A DNA stretch of 50,314 bases, counting the filler, from Sphacelaria rigidula (Eukaryota): assembly GCA_964200075.2 (NCBI GenBank). It is 3 parts of 3 records of this genome, joined end to end, with 100 filler letters (N's around TTAATTAATTAA, not from the genome) between each part and the next. Parts side by side here need not be neighbours in the genome. Positions count along the whole stretch, not along the records: positions 1 to 16,705 come from CAXNAA020001270.1; 2 more parts are not named here. One strand, 5' to 3'. The translations under genes were made by a program, and so were the position numbers. Below, piece by piece: positions 1 through 13,421 of the stretch. Within the stretch, counting starts at the first letter, position 1, and every line of letters begins with the position of its first letter. A model generated the notes under the pieces. That model did no database searches. It saw only the letters and a program-made list of their open reading frames with translations, and had not been told where the DNA came from.

Positions 1-430
1 CTACAAAAGGTAAGCGGTTTCTGGAGGCGAGACGTCCGTTTTCGCGTGGCCAAATCTCTCGAGTAATATATTTTTTCCCGTATGTTTTTCGAGGCCCGGG
101 TGCCAACGCCCCCCCCCGAATGATGTGCGTGAAAACTTCGGAGCGAAAACAGTCAAAATGGCGTGTTTGGTCGTCTTCGCGTTTCTGGCCGTTTGTCGTA
201 CCTTTTCGGGGCAAAAAACGAAAAGGTATACTTTTTCTAGGCCATTGCTCAAGTAAAAAAGGCAAGCACCGCAGAAGAAAGGGGAGGTACTAAAAACATA
301 TAAAAAAGAAAAGGCTCCTGTGTTGACCTTCCCCCTGGGTGACCCCGGCTTCTGCGCCCACACATACCGAGAGGCGTAGACCGGCGTCCAGAATAGATGG
401 GACGACAACACACACACACACTCCACCAGC

Positions 431-612
431 TTTTCTGCCGTGGATTGATTTTTCGGACCCCAGTGGGCAATGTTTTTTTCGTCTAGCTCTGAGGAAACTA
501 GATCAATTCTCCGATTATCTGGACGTTGGCTATTGGTTTCACACACACTTTTCTCAGAGCTGGACAAAAAACATTGTCCACTGGGGTCCGAAAAACCCAT
601 CCACGGCAGAAA
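431..612. repeat. Inverted repeat, arms of about 65 bp
   Basis: TTTTCTGCCGTGGAT...TTCGGACCCCAGTGG...AGCTCTGAG (431-497) versus CTCAGAGCT...CCACTGGGGTCCGAA...ATCCACGGCAGAAAA (549-612). Confidence 0.8.
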
Positions 613-1793
613 ATTTGTTGTAGACGAGCTGAAATCCTCAAATCCTCAATTTTCTACAAATACGGATTGGTTGCCATACAAACCGGTCTACCCCCGCCCC
701 CTACCCCTCCCCCCTCCCGGAGGGCCGAAGAAAGTTTCATTTTTTCATTGCACGTCTCCTTCCTTTCGCCTGTATAATGCACACTTTCCCTCACACACGG
801 ACCAAATACTCACGACTCGTACTTGTCGGGAACACCTGCGTGCTGCTGTGGGTTGGTTGGTTTGGCTTCATCTGACAGTGGTTGTGGTTGGAGACAATCC
901 CCGACGAAGACCACCCCCTACGGAACCTTGGACGAAGTTACAAAAGAAACAGCCATAACTCACATCTCTGCAAATCGGTAATAACGGAAGGAAGCCGTCA
1001 TGATGAGCACCCTCGTCGCCAGTTTCAGTTCAACTGCAGTTCCAGTTTAATCGACAGTATAAACTGGTCCAGTTCACAGCCCCGACATCTCTTCTTCCTT
1101 TTTCTTCCTATTTTCTTCACTCATATTCTTATTTTTATATTTCATTTTTATTTTCTTCAGTTTTTTTTCTTCTTCATTTCTTGCATTTAGTTTTTTTTCC
1201 CATTTTTGTGTGTATGTTTATTCCATTTTATAATATTTCTGCACCCACGTATCAAGGAGGTACGTGGATTGTATGCTACCCACCACACACATCAAAGGGG
1301 GATACCCCACCTCCGACGCTGCCTCATTTTACATGGGATTTGGTATACGATCGGTTTTACAGGAGTTTGTTATAGCGTTTTTTTCTCGGGGGGGAGGGGG
1401 GGGAGGGGAGATGATGTTCTACTACCCTACCCCGTCCTGAGCGGTGAAGAAAAAAAATGGGGTACATAGGTTTCCGGGAAATGTTTTTCGTCTACCCTTG
1501 GCTGGTCCAAGACTCTAACTTCATCTGCGGCCGCAGAAGAAGCAGAATTCCGTATTTTTGCGCTGAAAAACGGCCGCGAAAAAAACAGCAGGCAAACCAA
1601 AATATGTCGCAGATTTTCTGAAAATACAGCAGACTTTAGAGAGGATAGAGCATATTTGATGCAGATTGCCAATAGGACCGCGCAAACTTGCGATTTCTTC
1701 AGGCAAAAGACCGACCGACAGACAGACAAACAGACCTCCTCCTTTCAGGGCCCTACACGTTACACGTTCATGTTACACGTTTCACGTTACAAG

Positions 1794-1910
1794 TTAAGCC
1801 AGGCTAGTACTACCGTGGGGGATGGCAACCACGTGGGGAGCTCTGTGTAAGAGTCAATTCAAATCAGGGCTCCCCACTTGATCCCCCACCGTATTACTAG
1901 CATAGCTTAA
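1794..1910. mobile_element. Small hairpin MITE bounded by TTAA
   Basis: TTAAGCCAGGCTAGTACTACCGTGGGGGAT...GTGGGGAGCTCTG is the imperfect reverse complement of CAGGGCTCCCCAC...ATCCCCCACCGTATTACTAGCATAGCTTAA. Confidence 0.65.
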
Positions 1911-3979
1911 TTGTCGACATACAAAATAGGGGCAAAAAAACAAAAAAAAACGCAAATATTAGGGGGGAAAAGCAGCACAGCAAAAAAAGGCGCAAAAAAA
2001 GCGCAGGAAAGCAAAAGAATGCAGGAAAAAAAATCGAAGAGGCGCAGAAAACGAGCAAATAAAAGAGCAGATGGAGTTATAGTCTAGCTGGTCCACTATT
2101 GTGATTTTAAATGCATTCGTCCGCAAAGTAAAAAAGTTTCGGGAATAAACAGAACTCAGGGATACGCGAGAAACGGCTGGCTTATTTACGCTCAAACCTC
2201 AGGTTTGTTTTTATTTTTTTTCACGAGGTAGGTTGTGGACCTTGGCCAACTTTTCAGGGTTTAGTATGCTCTGTTCCGAATGATACGTGGTCGGTGTCAT
2301 GAGTTAAAGAGGTACAAGTCGCGCCGTGCTGTTCTGCGTTTGTACTCTGCGCCCACCCATGCGGTGCAATCCGCACAGCGCGGAATAGCATGTACAGAGT
2401 CGTGCTACGATAGGTTGGGTGTATGATTCCAGGGAAAAAGGACTCATGAGTGTTTCGGACAACCTGACACACTCGCCGTGCGCTTGTATTCGGGGTAAAC
2501 GGCGTCAAGCAGTGTTAATGATCGTTATTTACGGTAAACACGCGCGTTCGGACGATCGTTGCTTCTAAAATCGATTCGAAGTCAAATTTCGTGGAAGCAA
2601 TGGCCCAAAATCCCCCACCGTCCTATCGTAGCATTACTGTAGTTGTTTGTGCCCTCGTACCGTTGAATACGCGAAATCACTATCGTCAACATAGCCCCCC
2701 GGTATGAACCCGGCACAGTACACAGCGTTGGGCACACAGGCAGTGCACCTCGGCGCCCGCTAGTCATTCACAAGTCCTGCACCTGTCGGTGTGTCTACAG
2801 CACCATTACAGTACAAGTTGTCACAGGTGAGAGTCGTACTGTTGCACTGTCTGTAGACAGGTCTGTATACTGTCTGTAGTACAATTGTGCACATGCCTGC
2901 ATGTGTGCGTGTGCACATTCTGAGGAAAGCACGTTCTCGATAAAGGTTCACTACTACTCAGTAATCCTAGCAGCGTGGAGGCGAACGGGGAAACAGAGAC
3001 ACCAGTCGACCTGACTAAAGATGACACGGAAGGGCGGAGTGGGCCGGCCACTCACGCAGCCGCTACGAGGACTTGGACAAAATGGCTACCCAACGGTGGT
3101 GTACCTACGCGAGCTAACGCAAGCTTTACGTCGGATGGCCATTTTGTCAACTCCCCGTGGCGGCTGCTTGAGCGGCCGACTCCCGCCCTTTCGCATTATC
3201 ATAAGCTAGGTCGACTGGTGTCTCGGCTCCCCCCTTCGCCTCCAAGTCTTCCTCGTAGTCTTGGATCATATCCTCGTGAACGAGCTGCCATCACCAGCGC
3301 TGTCGCGAGCGTTCACGGCATCCGCCATCGCCCCACTCAAGGTATTTGTCCTACGACTGTGTTGTGTAACCTTGGTCGTTATGGGGAAAGGTGTCTATTA
3401 TAATTCCGTTACCTAACCCTGAGTTGGGCACTAACGCTTTGGGGTGTTGAGCAACTCAGGGTTTATTTTCAAATTTTCAAATTTATCCTGAGTTGCGGTG
3501 CACATCTTTTCTCAGGGTTCAGTTTTCAGGGTTTGACTAGGGGAATTTGTCATATCCTAGCCTTGAATCCCAACTTCTAAACCCTAACCCTGACTTTTTC
3601 CGGCCGGTTTTGTATTTCCGAAACTCTAATGTTCACGACGTTCCTTGGAGTTTAGACCAGGGGTCTATCATGAGAAAAAATTCGGACACGTAGACTCCCC
3701 CCCCCTCCTCTCCTCCCTATTAGGAGTAGGAACGGTGCTCCGTCTCGAAAGGGATGCGTGGTCAATGGTCAAACAACTGAAGCAAGCAACAAATGAGTAC
3801 GCCCCCTCTCCTCCCCAACCTCCCGGAGGGCAATTTTTCTAGGGGCCTACACGTTACACGTTCACGTTACGTTTCGTTTGGTACATTCAAAGAAATTAAA
3901 CGTTACGTTTACGTTTCAAGAGTAGGTCGAGTAGAGTATGCTCAATAGTCGGTAGTTTTCGAAAAGTCATACTTTCAGT

Positions 3980-4470
3980 GTCCAAAATTGGGTAGAGTAT
4001 TTGAGGTCGTACTCAATCTACCCAAATTTGAGTAGAGTATTTGATGTCATACTCAATCCACCCAAAATTTGATTAGAATTGATTGATTTGATCGATCGTC
4101 GCACTTTAAGTGGCCCCCAAGGGATCCAGCCGTGGTCACATGATCGACGTACCCAATGATATACATAGTATTGAGGTCATACTCAAGTGACATTCTATAC
4201 TCAAGTATTACTGCGATTACTTACCCAAAATTTGAGTAGAGTGTGTGAGATTGTACTCGATCTGCCCGAACTTTGAGTAGAGTATTCGAGGTTTGAGGTC
4301 ATGCTCAATCTACTCAAAATTTGAGTCGAGTATTTGAGGTCATACCCAATCTATAATCTACCCAAAATTTGAGTTGAGCGTTTAAGGTCATACCCAATCT
4401 ACCCGAAATTGGAGTAGAGTATTTGAGGTCATACCTAATCTACCCGAAATTTTGGGTAGAGTATCTTAGG
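3980..4470. repeat. Tandem array of a 40-41 bp self-complementary unit (subterminal repeats of a nested element)
   Basis: Roughly 9-10 imperfect copies of CCCAAAATTTGAGTAGAGTATTTGAGGTCATACTCAATCTA. The same units recur at about 5960-6190. Confidence 0.8.
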
Positions 4471-4510
4471 CCGGACCCAATGTACCAAAACCTTGGGTAT
4501 GGCTTTAGTA

Positions 4511-4729
4511 CCGTAATTGTGCGAGTCATCGCACACCCCCTGGACCGAACTTCAAAGCTCGATTACTCCACAACAAGAGGAGCATCAGTTCTGAAAAGGG
4601 TGAAGCTGGAAACGATTCGTCGATAGCTGCCCGAAAACGCGTCGTTTGGAAGTGGCACCCTCTTCGTCATGGAGTAATCGAGCTTTGAAATTCGGTCCAG
4701 GGGGTGTGCGATGACTCGCACAATTACGG
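4511..4729. mobile_element. Tc1/mariner(pogo)-type MITE, 219 bp, TA target-site duplication
   Basis: TA|CCGTAATTGTGCGAGTCATCGCACACCCCCTGGACCGAA...TTCGGTCCAGGGGGTGTGCGATGACTCGCACAATTACGG|TA, with near-perfect TIRs of about 70 bp. Confidence 0.85.
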
Positions 4730-7589
4730 TATTCACATTCGTACGCAAGATACCCAAACTGGGGAAGAGTAAGTACCCAGGTATCCCTAGAGTTGCCCAC
4801 CCATGATTATTGCTGATTCCCGATCAAACTTCAGCAAACATTCGGATACAGCATATTCGAGAAATTATTTGGATCATAACCAAAGCGAACAAAAGTAGGG
4901 TGGAATGGATATCGGGGTATTGTCGAAGGGCGTTTGGGTTGTACCGTATAGACTGGCATGGGGTACTGGAAAGCGTAAGAATCATATTGAAGTATTGGTA
5001 GTCGGAATATCGTGTGTAGTGCATACCCGGGCATGGTCCCCGGGTATCCTGACATGTCATTGGGTGCGTGACGCCTTTCATCCGCCTGCGAGTAAGGAAA
5101 AGGGGAAAGAGCTGATGACGAAAGGGTCATGAGGCACATGATGGCTGCGCCACAGAACAAGATTCAAAATTCACAATCTGTCGAACACAAAACAAAAAAG
5201 CACGTAATCCAAATGACAGGTACAAGTGCAACTACACTCCTGAGTCGACCCAGGCGCTGAACGAGACTCGTATTTTTTTCACGATTTCACCTCGCTCGGT
5301 TGTGGGGAAAAGTGTTCCACGATAATTCACGGCATCTCCAAACAGCTCGGCTGGTGTCTAGCCCCTCACCCTTATGTCGTGCCACCACTGTTCCACTTTC
5401 TACGATACAAAACAGTACAACATTCACAATCGTTTTAGCATCGCCGTCAACTCCTACTGACTACTATATAAATACAGTAGTTTACCGTTCCTCCACCCCC
5501 TCCGACACCATCCTGGTCTAGGGCCATGCCACCCGACGGCAACGCTATGTTGAGCAATTGAAGACCGCGTCTTGCACTGTTTCCACCGCTGGGCCTCCCA
5601 TGGAGGAGTCAGATGTGCGGCCCGTAGAGTCGTTTATTTTTATAATACCTACCCGACTACCTGTCTACTCGATTACCCAATGATGATGAGTGGCGCTTTG
5701 TACTGAAAATGATACGGGAGAAGTTGCGAGGTACGAAGTAATACTGCCGTTGGTGTAGGCAGGTCAGCTGGGACAGGTAGGTTCTTTCACCTGCACGCTT
5801 TTCTTGTATTTTGATGGCCACCATTCCCTCATACTCATTGTAGGACATGACGTAACGTCACTCATCTCATTGATGGCCATCGTTCGCCCATATGTCCAGC
5901 ATAGTCTGTGAAGTGACGTCACAAAGTCGCCGATTGTCACGGTTACTCATCATATCCAGGTGATACTCTATACCTGAGTTTTACTGAGAGTGTTTACCCA
6001 ATATTTGAGTGGAGTTATGAAGTCAGACCCAAGTGATACTCTACACTCATGTATTCCTGAGAGTACTTACCCAAAAGTTACGTAGAGTATTTGAGGCCGT
6101 ACCCAATTGAGGCCGTACCCAATCTACCCGAAGTTCGAGTAGAGCAAATACTCGGGTATTTTATCCGAGTATTTAATGGTACTCTACCTGACTGCCCTTC
6201 AACGTTTCATTTGAAATTTGACGTTACGTTCACGTTTCGTTTGGCACGGTAAAGGAAAAAAAAAATTACGTTTCGTTACATGTAACGTTTTATGGAACTC
6301 TCCATGAAACGTGTATCATCTAATGTAACGTTTCATTGACGCGTGTAACGTTCGAATGTAACGTTTCATTCTGTGCATGTGGCGGCCTATTTACCAGTGT
6401 TGAAGGCGTTGTAACGTGTGGTGTAACGCGTGACGTTACCGTGTACGTGACGCTGATGGTGGCCCGTCGTCTGATTGAGCTTAGGCGCATCATCTGATTG
6501 TGTAGCGTTAGATTGTACTGCAGACCCAAGAAGACGCAGAACGCATTCGTTATGACCAGCGAACGGTAAGCGAAGAGGTATCGGGGAAAACGTGTACTCT
6601 TGAATCAAGCACAGACTCACACATCAAAACACGCTCGAGGTGTTCGATGCAGAGCGGTGTTATCATGGTTGATGTCGTGACTTCTGATTGTCAAATCAAT
6701 GTGATGCCGATTCTATATTTTCAAGTGGAAACGATGCTGATTCCACAGATAAGCGGTCAAGATGGGATGACGGGACCCGTGACGTCGAAGGGTCCACTGA
6801 GCCGTAGAGACAGGAAACTCATGGCAACCGAAGCCCTAACGCCATGTAGAACGCAGAGCAGGAAGCAAATGTAGTCTACACCCAAGCAGAAACAGAACGC
6901 ACTCTAATGTCCAGCGAAAGGCAAGCGGAGAGGTATCAGCGAAGAAGTGTAGTCTAAAATCAAGTAAAGAAGAAATGCTGGCTTCTCAGCGCTTCATAGA
7001 ACGAAATGACCACAAAAGATATGTACTCTCGAATCAAGTGAAGAAATGGAGCAAAGTGCACCTGCCTGCAGGGTACGAATATCAGAACGATTGTAACTGA
7101 TACAATTTCCATGTATGACAGGTTCACACCGTGGTCCAGGCAATCAATGTATTTATCTAGATTGACAAGCTTTTGTTTTACTGTGCACAGGCACATTTGA
7201 AAGTTTAACCTTGACGTTACGTTTCGGCGAAAACGTGAGGTGAACGTAACGTGTAATGTTGTGGCACGTGTATCGTGTAAAGCCCTGGTTTATTGAAGCA
7301 CAATCTTCAAGGATTTCAACATTCATTGGAAATTTGAAGTGTGCACCGCTTCATGTAACGTGTTTATGGCGTTTCATGAAACGTGAAAAGTCTAATGCAC
7401 GTGCAAGGTGCAACAGACGTTACACGTTCCATGTAACGTTTCATATTTCGTGTTTCGAACGTTTGGACAATTCAACGTTCACGTTACGTTTCTTATGGCA
7501 CGTGACAAGAAACTAATATTATGGTCACGTTTCGTTTGGCTCGTGGAAAAAAATAAACATTCACGTTACGCTTCGCCCAGCCTTTCAAC

Positions 7590-8530
7590 ATCGAGTATCC
7601 TTTCAAGTGTCGAATTGCAGAGGGAGAGTTCACAGAGGAACGAAAAAGCTGGCGGATACGTTGTGTCAGAGGGCTCCAGTGCAGAAGTCAAGGCGTCGAG
7701 AGTGACTTTAGTATGTGCACCACTTCCTTATGTCTGCTGGTGGCAGGGGTCGCGTATTTAGTGACTGTCTGTATATGCTAATATAAGCATGAGATGCAAA
7801 CTATGCGACGTCCGACAAGCTTCATTTTGGGCTGCGTGTTTTTTTCTTGCAGCGAGTAATCTTTACGGCGGCCGCCAGGTGCTGCTTCGTTCTGTACGGC
7901 TGTGCACAAAGGGCAAATTCGCCTTTCAACAGCGAGTACCCTTCATGTATTGAGTTGCAGAGGGCGAGGTCGCACATAAACTTCGGCTGTTGTGTCAGAG
8001 GGTTCCATCGGAGAAGACAGGGCGCGAAAATCGGTTTGTATTTTCGACTACGGGCTGACTATGTATGATCAGGTCGGCAGAGCCACGATGTTTCAAGTGA
8101 CGGCCTGTACATACAGCGAAGAATATGTGAACCATGCTATTTGCGCCAACTTGTATCTTCGATCGAATTCTATTTTTTTAACAGCAATCAACATGATGAC
8201 ATTTGCTTTAGTGGCGGCCCGCCATGTGCTGCTCTGTTCTGTGGGCATGTGCACAAAAGCCAATCTCACGTATCATGAGCGAATACCTTTTCATCCCTTG
8301 ATTTGTAGAAGACGAATTCACAGATAGAGTACGGCTGTCTTGTGGCAGACGGTTTCGAGACAGAACCCAAGGCGTCTAGATGAACGATTTTTACTTTCGA
8401 TGACGCACTGGCCATGTATGGCCATGTATGACCGGGTCTGCAGAGCCACGATGTTTCACGTGACTGCGTGTACATACTGCAAAGAATATGTAAGCTATGC
8501 GACTTTTGCCAACTTGCTGTTTCAAACGGG
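7590..8530. repeat. Three diverged direct repeats with a period of about 340-360 bp
   Basis: Units start near 7592, 7932 and 8279. 8063-8152 closely matches 8426-8516 (GCAGAGCCACGATGTTTCA.GTGAC.GC.TGTACATAC). Confidence 0.7.
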
Positions 8531-8599
8531 GCATCATACAGGCGGGAAGGAGCACAGTCGGTGACTAACCAATACACATCATCCGAGAAGCGTCGCCCC

Positions 8600-8966
8600 C
8601 TCCCATATCACCATCCATCTGGTCTCTGCCGGCCTCACAATTTTTTTATTGCCACGTTTGTCCAACTTCGTCCGTCCCATGCGAGGTGTTGAAATGGGGG
8701 AAAATCAATGTCAAAGACGTTGATATGGACAGAGTGTACCAGACCGTGCCCAAGCGACTGACAAAATGGGATTCCTCCCGCTCATGGCATGACCCTGACT
8801 CCATGGTGCCCATGAAGAATTCATTCTCCAATCCCGCAGTCACAGCTATGTGTAGGACATGCAGCGCGCAGCCAACCCGCACAGCGTGAACCTCTTGATC
8901 GTCAAGAGCATCGACATCATTCTCAGTAGTTTCCACATGCGCGACGCTGCTGCTCATGATCTCCAA
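8600..8966 (-). pseudogene. Degenerate hAT-family transposase fragment
   Basis: The minus strand gives RVGCALHVLHIAVTAGL (hAT CxxH motif). After a frameshift it gives NKKIVRPAETRW (hAT TRW motif, 8615-8623), in the expected order. Confidence 0.7.
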
Positions 8967-9239
8967 ATTTCCATACTTTCTCGTTTCAGCACTACAGTAT
9001 GTCAGGCACGCCTTTCACTGCAGTCACGTTGGTTTGTGGAGGCCACAACTGCTGCTGTTCGTGTTCTTGTATTGTTATCTTCGTAATGACGATACACTTG
9101 GGGTGGCAGCTTGGGAGCGTGTGCTTCTCCAGTAGCATAGCAGCTGGACGCTAGTGCAACCACCCCTTGATCCGGAGCGAGTTAGCAGGAGGAAGAGTAT
9201 CATCTCAACACCGACCACTCACAGGCTTGAAGATATATA

Positions 9240-10040
9240 CTGTATTTATAGTACATTTCATATGAGCTAGGTCGTTGTTTTAAGGTGACGCGTGTATTTT
9301 TGTTTGATATGATTCGCCCGATTACGGTCCAGTTCTTACGCATATAGCGTTCGGGGAGCAATTTCCCGAGATGTAGTACCCCAAATCGGCCCCCATTCCC
9401 ATCCATAACTGTATGGTGAATCGCAAGGGCAGAATGCAAAACGTTACGGTGGGACATGAGTCTTTTTCTCATGAATAGTTGAGACCGCTTCTCATGGCAA
9501 ACAAACAAAAAAACCCCTGTGAAGCTGTCTTTTGGGTCCTTCTCCGACGTTTTACGCCCTTCAAGAGAGCTCAGCAGACTTTGACGCCTTAAAATGACTT
9601 GCTCTACTCGTTGCGACGGTTTCAAGACACCCTTGCGTTTTCCGGTGGCTGCAATTCTTTTCCGCGGAACTTGAATTTTTGTCCAAGGACGGTCAGGTCC
9701 GAAAGTTTTTTCTGGAGTTGACCGTCCACAAGGGTGTCCTGAAACCGTCTCAACGAGTAGAGCAAGTCATTTCAATGTGTCAAAGTCCGCCGAGCCGTCT
9801 TGAAGGGCGTAAAATGACGCAGAAGGACCAAAAAGGCAGTTTCACCGGACTTTTTCGTTTGCCGTAAGAGCCGCCTAAGGACGAGAAGCAAAGATGTATT
9901 GTTCACAAGAACATCAATCTCTCAACGTATTTTTTATTATTACCTTGCGTTCCTCCATACTAAATTTCGAAGCAGACTCTGAACACCGAGCTGCACAATC
10001 CACAATTAGTGCATATATGCAATATACTCAATTTAGTATA
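9240..10040. mobile_element. Foldback-type element with a long internal inverted repeat
   Basis: 9490-9635 and 9729-9870 are imperfect reverse complements (AAATGACTTGCTCTACTCGTTG versus CAACGAGTAGAGCAAGTCATTT). The outer ends at about 9240 and 10040 form a degenerate inverted pair. Confidence 0.65.
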
Positions 10041-11489
10041 GATTGTATTCAAGCCATATTTCTAGACTGACGAGTTGGGTGGAAGTGAGGGTAACGGTCG
10101 TTCCCGATGCCGCAAGGAATGTTCATACCAAAAGTTAGCATCATCCGCCGACTGTATTGTGGAGAAATTTCGTACAGACTTCAATATCGAGATATCTCCA
10201 TGCTTCACCGAACTTAGTTGATATTTCGTTCGGTCAACTAAAAAACATCTGACCGGGTTGTTGGGTATATGAGCATCTGTACCTTGATTAGACCATAAAA
10301 CCAAGATGTGTGGATTACGGCCCCATCCGTTCGCGTCGATGAGATATGGATGTGACGGTTTAAATCCGTTTTGAAGCTGGCCCAGCTCGTATGGACCACT
10401 ACGAAACTTTGCCCCACGACCCTGGGGCCCCCGGCGATCGTCGAAAAATATAAGTAAAACCCTATACCGCGAAATTGTTGTATGAAACCATATCATGTGT
10501 TCATTTTTTCGTAGTCTAGCTCCAAAAATGGTGTGAACATTTGCGCCTGTGGGCCATGAAGTGAGCTTGAAAGGTACAAACTCCTGACAAGTTGATTTTA
10601 GAAAAGTTCGATCCCATAGTAACCGTTTTCGAAGATTTTTTTTCCCTTTAGACTCCCGAGCTGATGGTGTTATTATTTTTGAAGCATGTGAAGATTAGGT
10701 AGGAATTGTATAGGGGTTTGGAAGTTTCAGTTTCAAACAGTTTGAAGGGTGCTGATTGGTCAAGGTATAGTTTCGCCCCCCCCCACCACCTTGGCCTTGA
10801 ACAAAAGTCCGACTATGCCACTCGCTTCAGCTGTCAATGGTTGTCGGTATGATACAATGTATGCGACCATTGGGTAGGTATTGCGGAAGGTATTCACTGA
10901 TGATTGAATTCTGGAGTTCGGGTCAAAACCGTGAACCGGCACCGTTTGCTAGTCCTAACCCAAACTGTAACCGAAGACGGACCGAGAACCCTCGGGCGAG
11001 GAAAATACATAAGGTGTCCTTAGCAAATCGTTAATCAGCACCCCTCATATCGGCGTCGGGCGCCAATTCAAGCCGAAGCGCATTCTGAGCACGCTGGGCA
11101 TGCCCTTGTGACTGCGAACCGTATGCAGTAAAATGTATCGAACGTGACGATTCAGCCCGAAACAAACTGGTTTCCAATCATGGATTTGGGGTGTGGGGTT
11201 GGGGGGAACTCCACCAGGATCGATGCCGCTGATGAGGAAATGGCTCTTCACGAAGAAGCTACACGTCTGTTCTTGGACATTCAGGACGCTATTTTTACCA
11301 CCTCATTGGTAATAAGCCGTGGGGCAGCTTGTGATGTTTTGTCAATGGTGTAGTATAGTATGTTGACAACTCAATAGATGCGATAGCGGTCTCTGACGCG
11401 CTACTCTTTTACTTTGCGGTGCTAGTGTCGTGCTTCCCCCATGATTCCTCGCACATACGTCTTTCGTAATACCCTGAATGTTTTCCATG

Positions 11490-11900
11490 TTCAAAAATAC
11501 CCACGAATTGGTCCCCGATGAGACTGGCCAGCCGTTGGCTGAGGCGTGGCCGATCCGAAACTAGGCCGAGGATTCCTGTGTACTGTATACTGGTACCGCT
11601 ATTTGTATATAACTTGGAACCAAATCAAGATCAAGAGAGCTGGTGCTTCTGCTGTGGTATGGGAAACGAAAGACTGTAGCATAGGATCGGTGGCAATCGC
11701 TCTGCAGTAAGTGGTCGGGTCTACGCGATAGGACGAGCAATGCACGGGCATGGGCAACATATACCTTGCAGAAAAAACAATGCAAAGGAGATCCGTGTTG
11801 AGAAGAAGGGGTCTTTGGCGACTATTGCCACTGACGTATCAGGGGTTTTCGTCAATGTTGACGGAAAGTGCTGCGCTGTTCGGCGTACACTCGGGTACAG
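11490..11900 (+). pseudogene. Probable highly decayed piggyBac-like transposase fragment
   Basis: Across shifting frames and in piggyBac DDD-domain order: ELVPDET (cf. lxvDEs), FVYNLEP (cf. YxyNfExY), GKRKTVA*DRW (cf. gxxVxxDnw), RVYAIG (cf. yaxGT), EKKG and VDGK. It contains stops and frameshifts and was matched by eye only. Confidence 0.4.
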
Positions 11901-13320
11901 GCAATGGAATGCTGAAAAAACCACGACCATGGCATGTCTAAAAACAACGGCTGTGAATGAAGAACAACACAAGAAATATTGTGGATGCGTTTTACTGCGA
12001 CGTTTTTTGTAAGCTGCCCTCCTCGGTGTTGATCAGACAAAGTATGTGCAGCCTTCCCGTTGTAATATCGACACAACGGGAAGTTTTACTGATTACGTTG
12101 CAGTAAGATCCCATAGGGGTTTTCTTGTATTGTTTCTCTGTACACCATGAGCTTCTTTGGATTACCATGTTTTTTTTTTCTCTTTTGGGACATTTCGTCG
12201 CCTACACCCAATTTACGAAATAGTACCCTGGTGGATCAGTGGCAATATCCGCTGGACACGTCTTTTTCCAACACCTGTTTTCGATTTGTTTTGTAACTTG
12301 TGCGGGGTGTGCTGCCAATACCTGCAAACGACTCGCCCTGCCGTGTACATCCCTAGCCCTCCATGTACTGACCTGTGCTCTTGAAGGCTATCGGAATGTC
12401 ATGGGGGATTTGTTTTTCCTCCTGGAGAGGACGAAAAGGGAATGATGTATAGTTTCCTCCCACAGGATAAGGAGCGGAGCGGAATGATCCAGGATTCGCC
12501 TCGCCGCCTCGCAAGTAAGCAGGAAGGCTGCTACGTAAGTCACAGTATGTCTTGGTGTCCCCTCGCCTCAACCTGGGGCACTGGCCGCATACATGCCCCA
12601 TACATGGCTTGTACGATTGACTGATTGCTTGATCTATTGCCGTGTACTTTAACTGACCCCCCCCAGAGATGCAGTCAAACTCACAACATGATGGACGTAC
12701 CCGCGACAGAGCAAAGCTGAAACACTCGCTGAAGAGAAAAACAGGAAAAACAGAAAATGTAGAATAGACCAACAGAGTAAATAGACTTGGAGAGAGAAAA
12801 AAAATAACAGGACAACAAAAAGCGAATGATGGAAATTTTCGGGGGGTGTCACCAGTCTACTGATGTAGCCAACCGTACGAGCGCTATGTTGGGTGTAGAT
12901 TGTACACACTTCGTTCTCACCGTATTCGAGTGACCCAAGTCGCCGTACTCTGGGTTAGGTTGCACGCACTTGGTGCACCATGTATCTAAGTGATCGAGAG
13001 TCCGAAAAATGGTGTCATAGTACTCGTCTTCTCCAAACGAAATATAAGTAGTTCATATTGTAGTACACTAAAATTGAGTAATTTTCAGCTGTCAACTATG
13101 CTGATACATGTGCGGTCGGTGTGGGTCGTACTCTACCGGAAGAGGTGCGGAGAGGGCCAAGAGGTTGTGGTGCTACATATATGGGAGCAACAAGTACAAG
13201 GTCGAATACACCATTAGCAATCAATGCTCGAACGAGCTTGAGTGGGAAGGATGGATGGTCTATTCTTCAAATATTTTTTCGCAAAGGCTGGGGCAGTCAC
13301 ATGTACGGAACACATATTAG

Positions 13321-13421
13321 CCCTTAGACCGCGATGCGGGTAGTCCATCTGGATCACGCGTACGTTCTTCAAACGGCATTGATATCGATTCAGCCGGCAA
13401 CCTACCCTCGCGGTCAAGGGG
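13321..13421. mobile_element. piggyBac-type MITE, about 101 bp
   Basis: TTAG|CCCTTAGACCGCGA...TCGCGGTCAAGGGG|TTAA. The termini are CCC...GGG, flanked by TTAA on the right and a one-base variant on the left. Confidence 0.6.

Larger units (their letters stand above)
3840..7287. mobile_element. Non-autonomous hAT-like element with ACGTT-rich subterminal repeats and nested insertions
   Basis: Termini are TAGGGGCCTACACGTTACACG (3840) and CGTGTATCGTGTAAAGCCCTG (ends 7287), with a third terminus CAGGGCCCTACACGTTACACG at 1746. Dense AACGT/ACGTT motifs occur at 3850-3920, 6200-6450 and 7200-7570. No TSD was found, so the pairing of ends is uncertain. Confidence 0.5.

Noticed and set aside
1..958. Overlapping ORFs on both strands sharing FSDPSGQCF and HWGPKN
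   Set aside because: These are mirror translations of the 431-612 inverted repeat, with no coding signature.
3980..4470. CRISPR-like array of palindromic 40-bp repeats
   Set aside because: The units are head-to-tail without unique spacers, are degenerate, recur at 5960-6190 like transposon subterminal repeats, have no cas genes nearby, and sit in eukaryotic DNA.
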